A stretch of DNA of 64,000 bases, from NCBI GenBank assembly GCA_965223005.1, contig CBDCVK010000002.1:416001-480000 (forward strand), in the 5' to 3' direction. Both the position numbers and the translations under genes were made by a program. The notes below the pieces were generated by a model. That model was not told the DNA's origin. It was given only the letters and a program-made list of their open reading frames with translations, and did no database searches. Origin of the DNA: Terriglobia bacterium (lineage in GTDB: Bacteria > Acidobacteriota > Terriglobia > JAJPHL01 > JAPKYU01). Each line of letters starts with the position of its first letter. Within the stretch, counting starts at the first letter, position 1. Of this stretch, positions 28,506 through 38,001 are shown piece by piece.

Positions 28506-29636
28506 CTACCGCACAGGAGGGAAGCCTAGCGCGGCCTTCATCACATGGAACACGTCAGTATTGGAGAGGAAGCCGCGGATCCGCTCGGCCCCGGGGCCGT
28601 CGGCGGCCACCATCACTTCTTCAGCGGTATGGCGGCCTCCGACGATCTGGACGTGAGACAGGACGTCGTCGCCGATCTTTGCCTCCGTCAGGCGCAGGTC
28701 GTAGGAATGGTCAGCGGTCACCACCAGCAGCGTCTGACGTGGATCGGTCAGGGCCCGGGCGCGCCGGGCGCTGCGGTCCAGGCGCAGCGTGTTGTCCAGC
28801 GTCTCACGGGCGCTGTTCTGGTGGCTGTTCCATTCCACCATCAGGAAATAGCCGCGGGGATTCCGGGAGAGAAGAGAAATCGCCTTTTCCACCACTGCCT
28901 CCGGTTCGTACAGGCAGGGAAACAGCGCCAGCACCTTGCCGTCCTTGTTCGGCTGGACCGCCAGGAACTCTTCCGGAGTTGGCGCGTAGTGGTAACCGCG
29001 GGTGCGCATTTCGGCGATCAGGTCGCGCCCATCGTTGCGCTCGCCGCCCGCGGTTCGCGGCAGGAATGACTCGCGGCCCACACCGACCAGCACATCCACG
29101 CCGTCGCCGAAGCGTGGCGTCAGCAACTGCGCGGCGATCTCGGTCTCTTTCGAGCGGTCATTCACGTGCGCGTAGCAGACGGCGGGCGTTGCACCAGTGA
29201 TCCTGTCGTTGGTCACCAGACCGGTTGAGAGGCCGCGCTCTTCGGCATACTCCAGCAGCGTTTTTAGTACCGGGCCGTCTTTTTTTCCGCGCACCAAGCC
29301 TTGCGGACCCTGGCTGATGACCCCATTCAGCGTTTTGCTTCCGGTCATCAGTGCCGTCATCCCCGCGGCCGAGTCGGTCACCCACGAATCGGCCGAAGAA
29401 GTGTCTGACAGGCCGAGGTGGGGCAGCGACTGGATGAAGAGCGCGCGGCTGTGCTGGTGTCCGTAAATGCTGGCGGTGTTAATGGTGGAAAGCCCCATGC
29501 CGTCGCCCACAAACAGCACCAGGTTCCGGGCCCTCTTCGGGGAAGGCGGGGGCGCAGCGAGTCGTGGCTCGCGGAAGAGAAACGATCCCGCGAGCACCAG
29601 GAAAACCAAAACTGCTGCTCTATTTCGTTTCATCAT
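28506..29636 (-). CDS. Alkaline phosphatase (PhoA family), secreted
   Basis: LFVGDGMG, VTDSAA (catalytic Ser), ATPA, VTADHS, HTAEEV. Confidence 0.9.
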   Translation of the reverse strand: MMKRNRAAVLVFLVLAGSFLFREPRLAAPPPSPKRARNLVLFVGDGMGLSTINTASIYGHQHSRALFIQSLPHLGLSDTSSADSWVTDSAAGMTALMTGSKTLNGVISQGPQGLVRGKKDGPVLKTLLEYAEERGLSTGLVTNDRITGATPAVCYAHVNDRSKETEIAAQLLTPRFGDGVDVLVGVGRESFLPRTAGGERNDGRDLIAEMRTRGYHYAPTPEEFLAVQPNKDGKVLALFPCLYEPEAVVEKAISLLSRNPRGYFLMVEWNSHQNSARETLDNTLRLDRSARRARALTDPRQTLLVVTADHSYDLRLTEAKIGDDVLSHVQIVGGRHTAEEVMVAADGPGAERIRGFLSNTDVFHVMKAALGFPPVR

Positions 29637-29758
29637 TCCTCCACGAGTCCGTATCTGGGTGTCCCGGTGTATCTCAGACGCCACGATCGGTTCGTCCCGA
29701 ATTTCCCATCTGAGCTTCCCTTTGGCCAAAAAGCATACACAGCTGCAACCTAGTCAAT

Positions 29759-30520
29759 CTAGCTCGTGGAACCTCGCTGGGCTTTTTGCTGTCCCATGCG
29801 TTGATGTGCGATCTCTAGTAGGTTCCCAATTTGCGCCCCCTTCGAGTACGTTACAAGTCCCCAATGAAAGGCCAGCTTGTAACCCTTGATGGGATGCTCG
29901 CTGTTCCAGCGATCCGCCATCTCATACAAACGTTCGACGACCATTTGGGCCTTCTGCTCGCGAACCCCAAGCATCAGCACCACGAATTCATCCTTGCCGT
30001 AGCGGATGAGCGTGTCCGAACCGCGAAAGTTTTTCTTGAGGAGTTCGGCAAACCCCTCAAGGACCCGGTCACCTGTAGAGTGCCCCAGAGATCGAAAGCC
30101 ATTCAATTTGAACATCACGAGCGTTAGGCTTATTTCCGGTATGCGCTCGACCCAGCGGATTTCCTTGGAGACTCGCTGGTCCAGATACTGTTGATTCAAG
30201 AGACCTGTCAATGGATCTACCAGCGAAAGGTCTTTAGCTCCCACTTGGCCTGCCAGCTGCTTTCGGGCGTCGAAGATGAGGTTCCGCTTCTTGCGAGCAT
30301 TCAGGCTGAAATGAATGCTCCCAACGATGAAGACGAGGCAGAGTAGAGGCAAGTACCACTCTTTCCATCGGTAGAGGCCCAAGCTCGCCCTCCAATGGGG
30401 TAGCGCTGCAATGAGCAACGCCACCCCCGTGGCCAAGACAAACGCGAGAGCGGTGCCTTGGAGTCGAAGCTCCTGGTTTTCCAAAGTCCTCATTTGGTGA
30501 CGGAGTTCCTCAGGTTTCAT
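29759..30520 (-). CDS. Membrane-anchored degenerate GGDEF-domain protein
   Basis: Two TM helices, DPLTGLLN, GHSTGDRVL, RYGKDEF; FKLNGF replaces the DxDxFK motif. Confidence 0.85.
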   Translation of the reverse strand: MKPEELRHQMRTLENQELRLQGTALAFVLATGVALLIAALPHWRASLGLYRWKEWYLPLLCLVFIVGSIHFSLNARKKRNLIFDARKQLAGQVGAKDLSLVDPLTGLLNQQYLDQRVSKEIRWVERIPEISLTLVMFKLNGFRSLGHSTGDRVLEGFAELLKKNFRGSDTLIRYGKDEFVVLMLGVREQKAQMVVERLYEMADRWNSEHPIKGYKLAFHWGLVTYSKGAQIGNLLEIAHQRMGQQKAQRGSTS

Positions 30521-30917
30521 GTGAATCCTTTTCTAGTATCTAGTACGACAAATCGGAAGAAGAGGCAGCACCACCTCTCGCCGGCCATCCTACGCCCGGT
30601 CGGGAGGCGAGTCAACGTGGTGAGCTGGCCAGTCGCCCCGCTGGGCTTTCGCCTGGCCCCAGGACTAGAGTCCAACCGGCCATCCGCACTGGTGCTGTCG
30701 GCAGCTTCGGCCGCGACTACACTCTGCGCTTCCCTCCCGTGGCTCCGTCACCGTGGCCTTGTCCGCCTGGCTGCCGTGATCCCCAGCCGGTGCTCGGCGG
30801 GCTGGGGACAAGTTGCGGTGTCCCAGCGATACGTATACTTCTTCGCCTCAAGCCTTGCATCGGGCCTTCGAGCTGTTGGAAAAGATAAACTTCCAGGCTG
30901 CCAGAGGCTCAAAACCG

Positions 30918-30946
30918 TTGCTAGCCCCTGCAGATTTCTCTACACT
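30918..30946 (+). promoter_or_regulatory. tRNA-Ile2 promoter
   Basis: TTGCTA-N17-TACACT. Confidence 0.55.
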
Positions 30947-30974
30947 TGCAAAAGGGATGTCTGTAAGTCATTGA

Positions 30975-31051
30975 GGGCCCGTAGCTCAGCCGGTTAGAGC
31001 GGCGGACTCATAATCCGTTGGTCGCTGGTTCGAATCCAGCCGGGCCCACCA
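30975..31051 (+). tRNA. tRNA with CAT anticodon, most likely tRNA-Ile2 (lysidine)
   Basis: GGGCCCG/CGGGCCC acceptor, anticodon loop CTCATAA, GGTTCGAATCC, CCA; overall sequence resembles ileX-type tRNAs; lacks initiator features (C1 mismatch, 3 GC pairs). Confidence 0.9.
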
Positions 31052-31803
31052 ACGATCTTTTTGGATGTGAATAACTTGGGTGGGATTTACCTGAGAGGCA
31101 CTGCACCACGATTGTACAGAGCGTCCGAAAACTGTCCGAGTTCTGCCGAGGTCTCTCACCGAATGCTCCCGATGGCTGCCTGCTGGGTGATCGTCACCAC
31201 GCTCGCGGTTTCTAACAAGAGAACCAAACCGAGAGATACTCTCTTGACCACAACATCCATCGTACTACTCCGTGCCGAGCTAGACTACCACGCAAACTGG
31301 CGTACATAGTTTGAGCCCCTGTAGCAGCGTTTCCGCACTGTGGCTCGTGGAGGCACCGTCGGCCGCGCCTTTGTCGCTCGCAGCCGCTTCGTCCAATAAG
31401 TGCCTTCAGCTACCTCCTTGTCATCGGGAATACCGGATAAGTCCTGACTAACGGGCTAGCGTCTATCAATCCCGGTTTCACTTGGCCGTATAGTCGGCTA
31501 TTCGGACAAGTGACCCTCTCCCAGAATGCCCTCTTTGCCCGTTTTCCTGCGCCGCCCCGCACGTTCTAGCCTCCTCGCCTGCCTCGCCAGTGTCCGAACA
31601 GGCTCCAGGCAAACAAGCCACCTCAAAAAAGCCCTCCCCGCACGCAATCCAACCTCGGCGGGTGCGCAGGTACTGGACCGTAGGAGAGGTAGGGGGTCGT
31701 CGAAGCTTGCAAGGTACCCCCGCAGGGGGGGCAGGGACGTTTCAGCCGACAAAGAATCGGAAGACCAGGCGCGTGCCCGATGAGAAGTCTGTTCTGCGAG
31801 GAG

Positions 31804-33099
31804 TTAGCTCGCAACCTCCAGATCCCACCCAAAGCCGGGATCGTCCGAGGGACGCGTGTAGATGCCTTCGGGACCGCGGCTCAACAGGTTGTCCTCTTCG
31901 TAGCGCTCATAGACTACCGCTGGGCCACCGGGCGGTGGCATCCCTCCTCGGGAGAACTCCGCCCAGGGGGTGTTCGGCGTCGCCATGATGTAGTGCACCG
32001 CGTCACGCTGGCCGCCGCTGTGGGGAATGACCGGGATGTCGTAGGCCGCAGCCAGCGCCCCGATCCGCCGTAGCTCGGTCAACCCTCCGCACCAATGGAC
32101 GTCCGGCTGCCAGATCTCGGAGGCATCGTGTTCGAGCAGCTGCCGAAACCCATACCGCGTATACTCGTGCTCGCCTGTGACGATGCGCGTGGAGCGAATC
32201 AGCTTCCGCAGCCGCCCCATTCCTTCGTAGTCGTGAGGGAGCAAGCACTCCTCCAACCAATAGACCCGATAGGGCTCGAACGCTTCGGCCAATTCGAGTG
32301 TATACCGCTCGGTCAGCGCCATCCAGCAGTCCATCATGACTTCGCCGTCGCGTCCAACCGCCTCCCTGGCACGCTTCACCAGCGCCACGTTCTTGCGAAT
32401 CCCCGCTTTGCCGTCCACCGGACCATACGGCAGCGCCAGCTTGAGCTTCGTATATCCGAACTCGGCATGCTGCTCGATATCATTCCCCGTGCAGTAGGCC
32501 GGGATGCGGGCTTTGGTCTCACCACCGAGAAGTTTGTAAACAGGCAGTCCCCAAACTTTCCCGGCGAGGTCCCAGAGGGCTAGGTCCACCCCGCTGATTG
32601 CGTGCAGAACGGCTCCCTTGCGCCCGTAGAACATCGTCGAGCGCCACAGGATGTCCCACAGACGCTCGACGTTGAGCGGGTTTTCTCCAAGCAGAAGTTT
32701 CACTAGGTGACCCCCGATGAAGGGTCCGGCTCCGGGACCTCCTGGAGCCAGCCCACTCACACCTTGGTTGGTGCCGATCTCGACCCACACTCGCCCCAGC
32801 CGCTCATCGTCGGGCCCAAACAAAGAACGAGACGGCTTGTACTTGGGGTAGATCGACATCGGGCTGGCGATTTCTTCTGTCTCTCGTCGTAGCCGCGCGG
32901 TCCAGGAGTTGGGGTCCGGCGTATAGGTTGGGACGGGGCGTTTGGGCCGCACTTTGACCAGGCGGACGCTGGTGATTCTCAGATCACCGTCGTTTTGAGG
33001 CCACGGCAGAGGCTCGGGCTCGGCGCGGCTCACCTCCGGGCAGATCAGCTGGGACACAACCCCCCCAACGGCACATCGAAGCCAGTCTCTTCGTTTCAT
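31804..33099 (-). CDS. Enolase-superfamily L-rhamnonate dehydratase-like enzyme with twin-arginine N-terminus
   Basis: IASPMSIYPKY, YGRKG, AISGVDLALWDL, MMDCWM, WLEE, TGEHEYT, QPDV.WCGG, VIPH; N-terminus MKRRDWL. Confidence 0.88.
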   Translation of the reverse strand: MKRRDWLRCAVGGVVSQLICPEVSRAEPEPLPWPQNDGDLRITSVRLVKVRPKRPVPTYTPDPNSWTARLRRETEEIASPMSIYPKYKPSRSLFGPDDERLGRVWVEIGTNQGVSGLAPGGPGAGPFIGGHLVKLLLGENPLNVERLWDILWRSTMFYGRKGAVLHAISGVDLALWDLAGKVWGLPVYKLLGGETKARIPAYCTGNDIEQHAEFGYTKLKLALPYGPVDGKAGIRKNVALVKRAREAVGRDGEVMMDCWMALTERYTLELAEAFEPYRVYWLEECLLPHDYEGMGRLRKLIRSTRIVTGEHEYTRYGFRQLLEHDASEIWQPDVHWCGGLTELRRIGALAAAYDIPVIPHSGGQRDAVHYIMATPNTPWAEFSRGGMPPPGGPAVVYERYEEDNLLSRGPEGIYTRPSDDPGFGWDLEVAS

Positions 33100-33298
33100 A
33101 TCGCTCCTCGCTCAAGATAGGGACCCAACCAGGCCCACTATAGGTAAATTTTCAGACGGAAGGCACACAGGCACCTGGACCGGCCGGAGTGCAACCACCA
33201 GAGTCACGGGGCAACCATGAGAGCAGGCTACGCCACAGAAGGTGTAGGTTGGGTCGCCTATCAGTGGCGCAGCCAGGGGGTAATGTAGAGATGCGCGG

Positions 33299-33327
33299 AG
33301 TGTAGTCGCGCCGGCTTGGGTTGTCAA
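33299..33327 (-). promoter_or_regulatory. Near-consensus sigma70 promoter upstream of the dehydratase gene
   Basis: TTGACA-N17-TACACT, implying a leader of about 190 nt. Confidence 0.7.
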
Positions 33328-33463
33328 CGGCAGCAGCGCAGCCCACGCACGTCAGGGGCGTAATATCACCCTGCTCCAGGCGTCTGGGAAGATGCTAGGG
33401 AGACACTTGTTAAACGCAGTGCTCGAATGGGGGAGGCACGCTTTCAGTGAGAGCGGAAACCTG

Positions 33464-34399
33464 TCACGGCTTGGGCCGGATGCGGAACGGCCTGGATTCC
33501 GGCTGGTCCCAACCGAGCTTGTTCATTAGCTCGGTCAGGCGAGACCGAACCCACTCTTGAGGCTCCCTCTGGTCGGTCAGTTCGCTGTAGACCCAAGCTG
33601 CCTCGTCCAGCATTCCGTTCTCTTCGTAAAGAAACGCCAGCAGGAAGCGCGGCCCGTTGTCGGCGGGATTTTCCTGCAAAGCTCGGCGCAAGTTGCTTTC
33701 GGTGGCGCGGACCCGCTCGGCCTCCTCCCTCAGCAGCACCCGGAAGTAAGAGTTGGCTTCGGTCAGCGGTTCTTCGCCCTTCCGAGCAGTCACCCGCCAC
33801 CAATATTTCTCGCCCCAGGCTAGGGCTTGGGAATCGGCCGGGTACTGTACCTCAGTTGAGGAAACGCTCTGGCGCCAGAGAATGCGCTCTTCGCGGTCCA
33901 TCAACTTGACCTCGTAAGTGTCGGCGTTGTTCACCGGAACCCAGCGGAACCTGGGCTGGAGGCTGGCAATGTTGGTGCGCGAAGGAGAGCGCAGCGGCGA
34001 GATCGGTGCCCGCAGACGCATCATGGCGGACTCCATCTGGCTGGCCCCAGCCAGCGTCAGATTGGCGGGCAGGCGGCAAGAGGGCACCTCGCGCGCGTTC
34101 CCAAGCTTGCCTTTGCGCACCTTCACCGAAGTCGCCTCGAACTGGACGTCAGCGTTGGCCAGAACCTTGGCAGCGCTCGATTCGGGACAGAACAGGAAGG
34201 CGGCCTCAGAACTCTTGCCGGTCAGGACACGGTCGCCGGCCGCAATCAAGTCGGCAGTCCGCGCTGGAACTGGGCTCTTCTGTCCCGCTCTCACGATTTG
34301 TACGTTGCCTGACACCGTGGAAAGTATCCCCACCGGGGCTGCGGCCTGCGCGGCAGCGCAAAGACACAGAAGCGCGGTTACAGTCCGACAGATCATCAC
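33464..34399 (-). CDS. Secreted FecR-like/Ig-like (DUF928-like)/TPR-like protein
   Basis: Signal peptide AxA, VSGNVQI..GDRVLTGKSSEA (FecR-like), PRFRW..Y..YWWRV Ig/FN3-like segment, helical C-tail LYEENGMLDEA. Confidence 0.65.
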   Translation of the reverse strand: MMICRTVTALLCLCAAAQAAAPVGILSTVSGNVQIVRAGQKSPVPARTADLIAAGDRVLTGKSSEAAFLFCPESSAAKVLANADVQFEATSVKVRKGKLGNAREVPSCRLPANLTLAGASQMESAMMRLRAPISPLRSPSRTNIASLQPRFRWVPVNNADTYEVKLMDREERILWRQSVSSTEVQYPADSQALAWGEKYWWRVTARKGEEPLTEANSYFRVLLREEAERVRATESNLRRALQENPADNGPRFLLAFLYEENGMLDEAAWVYSELTDQREPQEWVRSRLTELMNKLGWDQPESRPFRIRPKP

Positions 34400-34473
34400 T
34401 CACCACCTTTTAACCGGAATTTCCGGCTTCTAACTTCGTAGAGAATCATGGCCGCATACCTAGGAATCCCCGG

Positions 34474-34791
34474 TCAAGGTTTCAGGAAAACGGTCAGCAG
34501 TTTGATCGCGACGCCTTTTTTCAGCGACCCTTGGATCGGCTTGACTCGTACCACCTCCGCCTGCTGCGGCCGTTCCAACGATGGGTTTGAGGGGTCGTAG
34601 GGAAATACAACCTCCGTTGTCATTCCCGGTTGGTATTCGCCGAAAGCCTCGAAAAAGATTCCGGTGCGGGTCAAATTCTTGACAGTCCCCACTTGCGCGG
34701 ACTGGTAGATATCCTTGAACTTGACGTGGATCTTGACCTCGTTGGTGACCCGATACCGTTGCCGCCGCTCGGGTCCCTCACGTTTAGGCAT
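34474..34791 (-). CDS. Stand-alone PilZ-domain protein
   Basis: ERRQRYR (RxxxR), NLTRTG (D/NxSxxG variant), AEVVRV..GVAIK. Confidence 0.8.
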   Translation of the reverse strand: MPKREGPERRQRYRVTNEVKIHVKFKDIYQSAQVGTVKNLTRTGIFFEAFGEYQPGMTTEVVFPYDPSNPSLERPQQAEVVRVKPIQGSLKKGVAIKLLTVFLKP

Positions 34792-35309
34792 GCCAGGCTT
34801 CTGCCGCGAGTCGCGACAGGCGCATGTGAGTCTATCAGTCCAATTGACCTGGGTTCCATCCTTCCTAGCATCCCCGCTCATTGCCCGTTTCCTCTTTGCA
34901 GGACAGCGCTGCCATGGCCTGGGCCCTGTCGGTGCATAACAGCGTCTATCTAAACGCAGCAGTCTCAAGCAGCCAATAGGCTAGCAGTTACATTTTGCTT
35001 GGTACCTTTGCACTAGAAGGCGCACGCCCGACAGGGGGAGATCAGGATAGGATGGCGGAGCGTCAAATCTCTCAGCAAATAGTGGAACGGCGTCGCCGAA
35101 CCCTTAATCGGGGACTTACCTAAAAGTAAGGGTACAGGCCGTTAGTGCGCCTATAACGCACCACCCGCAGTCCCTGGAGTTGTTCGCAACGTTGACGCCG
35201 TGGTAACCTGTTGGTTTGTATGACCAAAATTCTGGATTACGAGTTGAGATCATACATGCAGTCTGGTTGCAGGTCCTAATCCCAGGCTGATTTGACGAAT
35301 CCCTTGACG

Positions 35310-36743
35310 ATGGCGGCACAACCACGGACGCTGTTTGACAGGATTTGGGAGAGTCACGTCGTCTTCCAGGAGCCCGACTGCCCGGCGCTGCTCTACATTG
35401 ACCTTCACCTGGTTCACGAGGTTACGTCACCGCAGGCCTTCCAGGGCCTGCGGGAGCGTGGCGTGCGCGTGAGGCAGCCAGCACGGACGGTGGCCACGGC
35501 GGACCACAGCGTCCCTACCACCGACCGCTCGCTGCCCATCGTCGACGCCATGGCGGCACGGCAGGTCGCCCAATTGGAGGAGAATTGCCGCGAGTTCGGG
35601 ATCACTTACTACGGGCTGGACAGTCGTCATCAGGGCATCGTGCACATCATTGGGCCGGAGCTGGGGCTGACCCGGCCGGGCATTACCGTGGTGTGCGGCG
35701 ACAGCCACACCTCCACCCATGGCGCCTTCGGCGCGCTGGCCTTTGGCATCGGCACCAGTGAAGTGGAACACGTGCTGGCGACCCAGTGCTTGTTGCAGAG
35801 CCGGCCACGCACCATGGAAATCCAGGTGGACGGAGCGCTGCCTCCCGGGGTGACCGCAAAGGACATCATCCTGGCCGTGATCGGGCGCATCGGAGTGGGC
35901 GGTGGCGCCGGGCACGTGCTCGAATACACCGGCAGTGCCATCCGCTCTCTGTCCATGGAAGAGCGCATGACCGTATGTAACATGTCCATCGAGGGTGGAG
36001 CGCGCGCGGGCATGGTCGCGCCGGACGACACGACTTTGCAGTACATGTGCGGGCGGCCCTTTGCCCCGCAGGCGGCGGCGTGGGATGCGGCCGTAGAAAC
36101 CTGGCGCAAGCTGACTACTGATGCCGGCGCTCGCTATGACGCCTCGGTTATCCTGGACGCCCGCCGGCTGGAGCCGATGATTACCTACGGAACCAATCCG
36201 GGCATGTCCTTGCCGGTCACCGCGCCAGTGCCGGAGCCGAACGCGCTTACTGACACCGCGCAGCGTGGGGCGCTGGAGAAAGCTCTTAGCTACATGGCTC
36301 TCCCGCCGGGCCGCCCGCTGCTTGGCCACCCGCTGGACGTGGTGTTCATTGGCAGTTGCACGAATTCCCGCATCAGCGACCTGCGCGCCGCCGCGCGCCT
36401 GTTGCGAGGTCGCAAGGTGAACCCGCGGCTGCGAGTGCTGGTGGTACCTGGCTCGCAGCAGGTCAAGAGGGAGGCCGAAGACGAAGGGCTGGCCGAACTG
36501 TTCCGCCGGGCAGGCTGCGAATGGCGCGAGCCGGGCTGCAGCATGTGCATCGCCATGAACGGCGACGAATTGAAGCCTGGCGAGTACTGCGTCAGCACCA
36601 GCAACCGAAATTTTGAAGGGCGCCAGGGCAAGCGCGGCCGCACCTTCCTGGCCAGCCCACTGACGGCCGCTGCCTGCGCGCTGACCGGTGTGATTACCGA
36701 CGCACGCACTCTATTTGAGACCGGCGCCAGAAAGGGGAACTAG
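35310..36743 (+). CDS. leuC: 3-isopropylmalate dehydratase large subunit
   Basis: [49 protein letters not shown]. Confidence 0.98.
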   Translation: MAAQPRTLFDRIWESHVVFQEPDCPALLYIDLHLVHEVTSPQAFQGLRERGVRVRQPARTVATADHSVPTTDRSLPIVDAMAARQVAQLEENCREFGITYYGLDSRHQGIVHIIGPELGLTRPGITVVCGDSHTSTHGAFGALAFGIGTSEVEHVLATQCLLQSRPRTMEIQVDGALPPGVTAKDIILAVIGRIGVGGGAGHVLEYTGSAIRSLSMEERMTVCNMSIEGGARAGMVAPDDTTLQYMCGRPFAPQAAAWDAAVETWRKLTTDAGARYDASVILDARRLEPMITYGTNPGMSLPVTAPVPEPNALTDTAQRGALEKALSYMALPPGRPLLGHPLDVVFIGSCTNSRISDLRAAARLLRGRKVNPRLRVLVVPGSQQVKREAEDEGLAELFRRAGCEWREPGCSMCIAMNGDELKPGEYCVSTSNRNFEGRQGKRGRTFLASPLTAAACALTGVITDARTLFETGARKGN

Positions 36744-36770
36744 CTCGGCCAGAGCAGGGAACTAGCACGA

Positions 36771-37358
36771 ATGGAACCGTTCACGACCTTTACCGGCCGC
36801 CTGGCCCCGTTGCCGATCCGTGATGTGGACACCGACCAGATCATCCCGGCGCGCTTTCTGAAGGGCACTGTCAAGTCGGGCATGGGAGCGTACCTGTTCT
36901 GCGACTGGCGCCACGACGAGGAAGGCAAGCCACGGCCAGATTTCATCCTGAACCAGCCGCAGGCATACGGGGCTCAGGTGTTGCTGGCCGGGCACAACTT
37001 CGGCTGCGGCAGCTCGCGCGAACACGCGCCCTGGGCCCTGCTCGACTTCGGCTTCCGCGCCGTCATCAGCACCTCGTTCGGCGATATCTTCGGCGCCAAT
37101 TCGCTGAAGAACGGGCTGCTGCCGGTCGTGGTGGATCCGGCGACACACGCCGCGCTGCTGACGCGCGTCACCAAGGACCCTGGCGCGCAGGTCACCATTG
37201 ACTTGGCCTCGCAAACCTTGACGCTGCCCGACGGCTCGGCCGTCAGCTTCCCCATAGACAACTTCTCCAGGCAATGCCTGCTGGCCGGCGTGGACCAGCT
37301 AGGCTACATCCTCAAGTACCAGGATAAGATCGCCGCCTACGAGCGTGACCGCGCCTAG
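36771..37358 (+). CDS. leuD: 3-isopropylmalate dehydratase small subunit
   Basis: [28 protein letters not shown]. Confidence 0.98.
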   Translation: MEPFTTFTGRLAPLPIRDVDTDQIIPARFLKGTVKSGMGAYLFCDWRHDEEGKPRPDFILNQPQAYGAQVLLAGHNFGCGSSREHAPWALLDFGFRAVISTSFGDIFGANSLKNGLLPVVVDPATHAALLTRVTKDPGAQVTIDLASQTLTLPDGSAVSFPIDNFSRQCLLAGVDQLGYILKYQDKIAAYERDRA

Positions 37359-37464
37359 GCTCGATAGAGCACTCATCCTTCCCCCCAACAAATGGCTTCT
37401 CCAGGGGAAGCTGGAAGCGGGCGGGGTCTTGCGCACCTGCCTTGCCGCAGGGTACCTTGGTAAG

Positions 37465-38001
37465 ATGAGACTGCTGGCAGTTCTGTCGGCCGCAATACTG
37501 TGGCTTGCACCGTTCGTAGCCCCGACACCACGCGCTCAAGAAGAAGAGATCTTGATACCCGGCAAGCGGATGGTGCGTGCCGTGCAGTTCCCTTATGATC
37601 TGGACGTCAAGTTCACCCTCTTCTCCACTGGCCGGCTGGAGGGAATTTCAGGAAAAGCCGAAGTCAAGCGCGGCAAGCAGGAAGTCCAGGTGAAGGTGGA
37701 GCTGGGGAAAGGGCCGCCCGCCAGCCAACTCGGGGCCCAGTATCGCGGCTACGTGGTGTGGGCACTCACCCCGGGGGGTGAGTTCGTAAAGCTGGGCGCG
37801 CTGCAACGCAAAGGGAAACTGCAGACCACCACCACGCGGCCCGCCTTCGGCATCGTGGTCAGCGCGGAAGCTGACCTGCAGACCACTTCGCTCACCGTGC
37901 CCGTGCTGGAAAGCGGCTATCCCAGGGGCAAGCGCCGCATCTACCCCATGAAGCGCGTCTACTACACGCCCGCGTCAACCAACCAGCAGGCCGGGCCCTG
38001 A
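37465..38001 (+). CDS. Secreted hypothetical protein resembling the N-terminal domain of acidobacterial OmpA-family proteins
   Basis: Signal peptide; YVVWALTPGGEFVKLG..TTTRPAFGIVVSAE; no OmpA C-domain. Confidence 0.6.
   Translation: MRLLAVLSAAILWLAPFVAPTPRAQEEEILIPGKRMVRAVQFPYDLDVKFTLFSTGRLEGISGKAEVKRGKQEVQVKVELGKGPPASQLGAQYRGYVVWALTPGGEFVKLGALQRKGKLQTTTTRPAFGIVVSAEADLQTTSLTVPVLESGYPRGKRRIYPMKRVYYTPASTNQQAGP

Noticed and set aside
30521-30900. Riboswitch or 179-aa ORF upstream of the degenerate GGDEF gene
   Set aside because: No recognisable aptamer consensus; the ORF has no motif or RBS; the hairpins are within chance for GC-rich DNA
33155-33200. c-di-GMP-II riboswitch-like words (GGCACCTGG, GGAGTGCAACC)
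   Set aside because: P2/P3 stems and kink-turn are absent, and it lies on the strand opposite the promoter
35220-35279. Leader peptide MTKILDYELRSYMQSGCRS as a leu attenuator
   Set aside because: No run of Leu codons and no terminator/antiterminator before leuC
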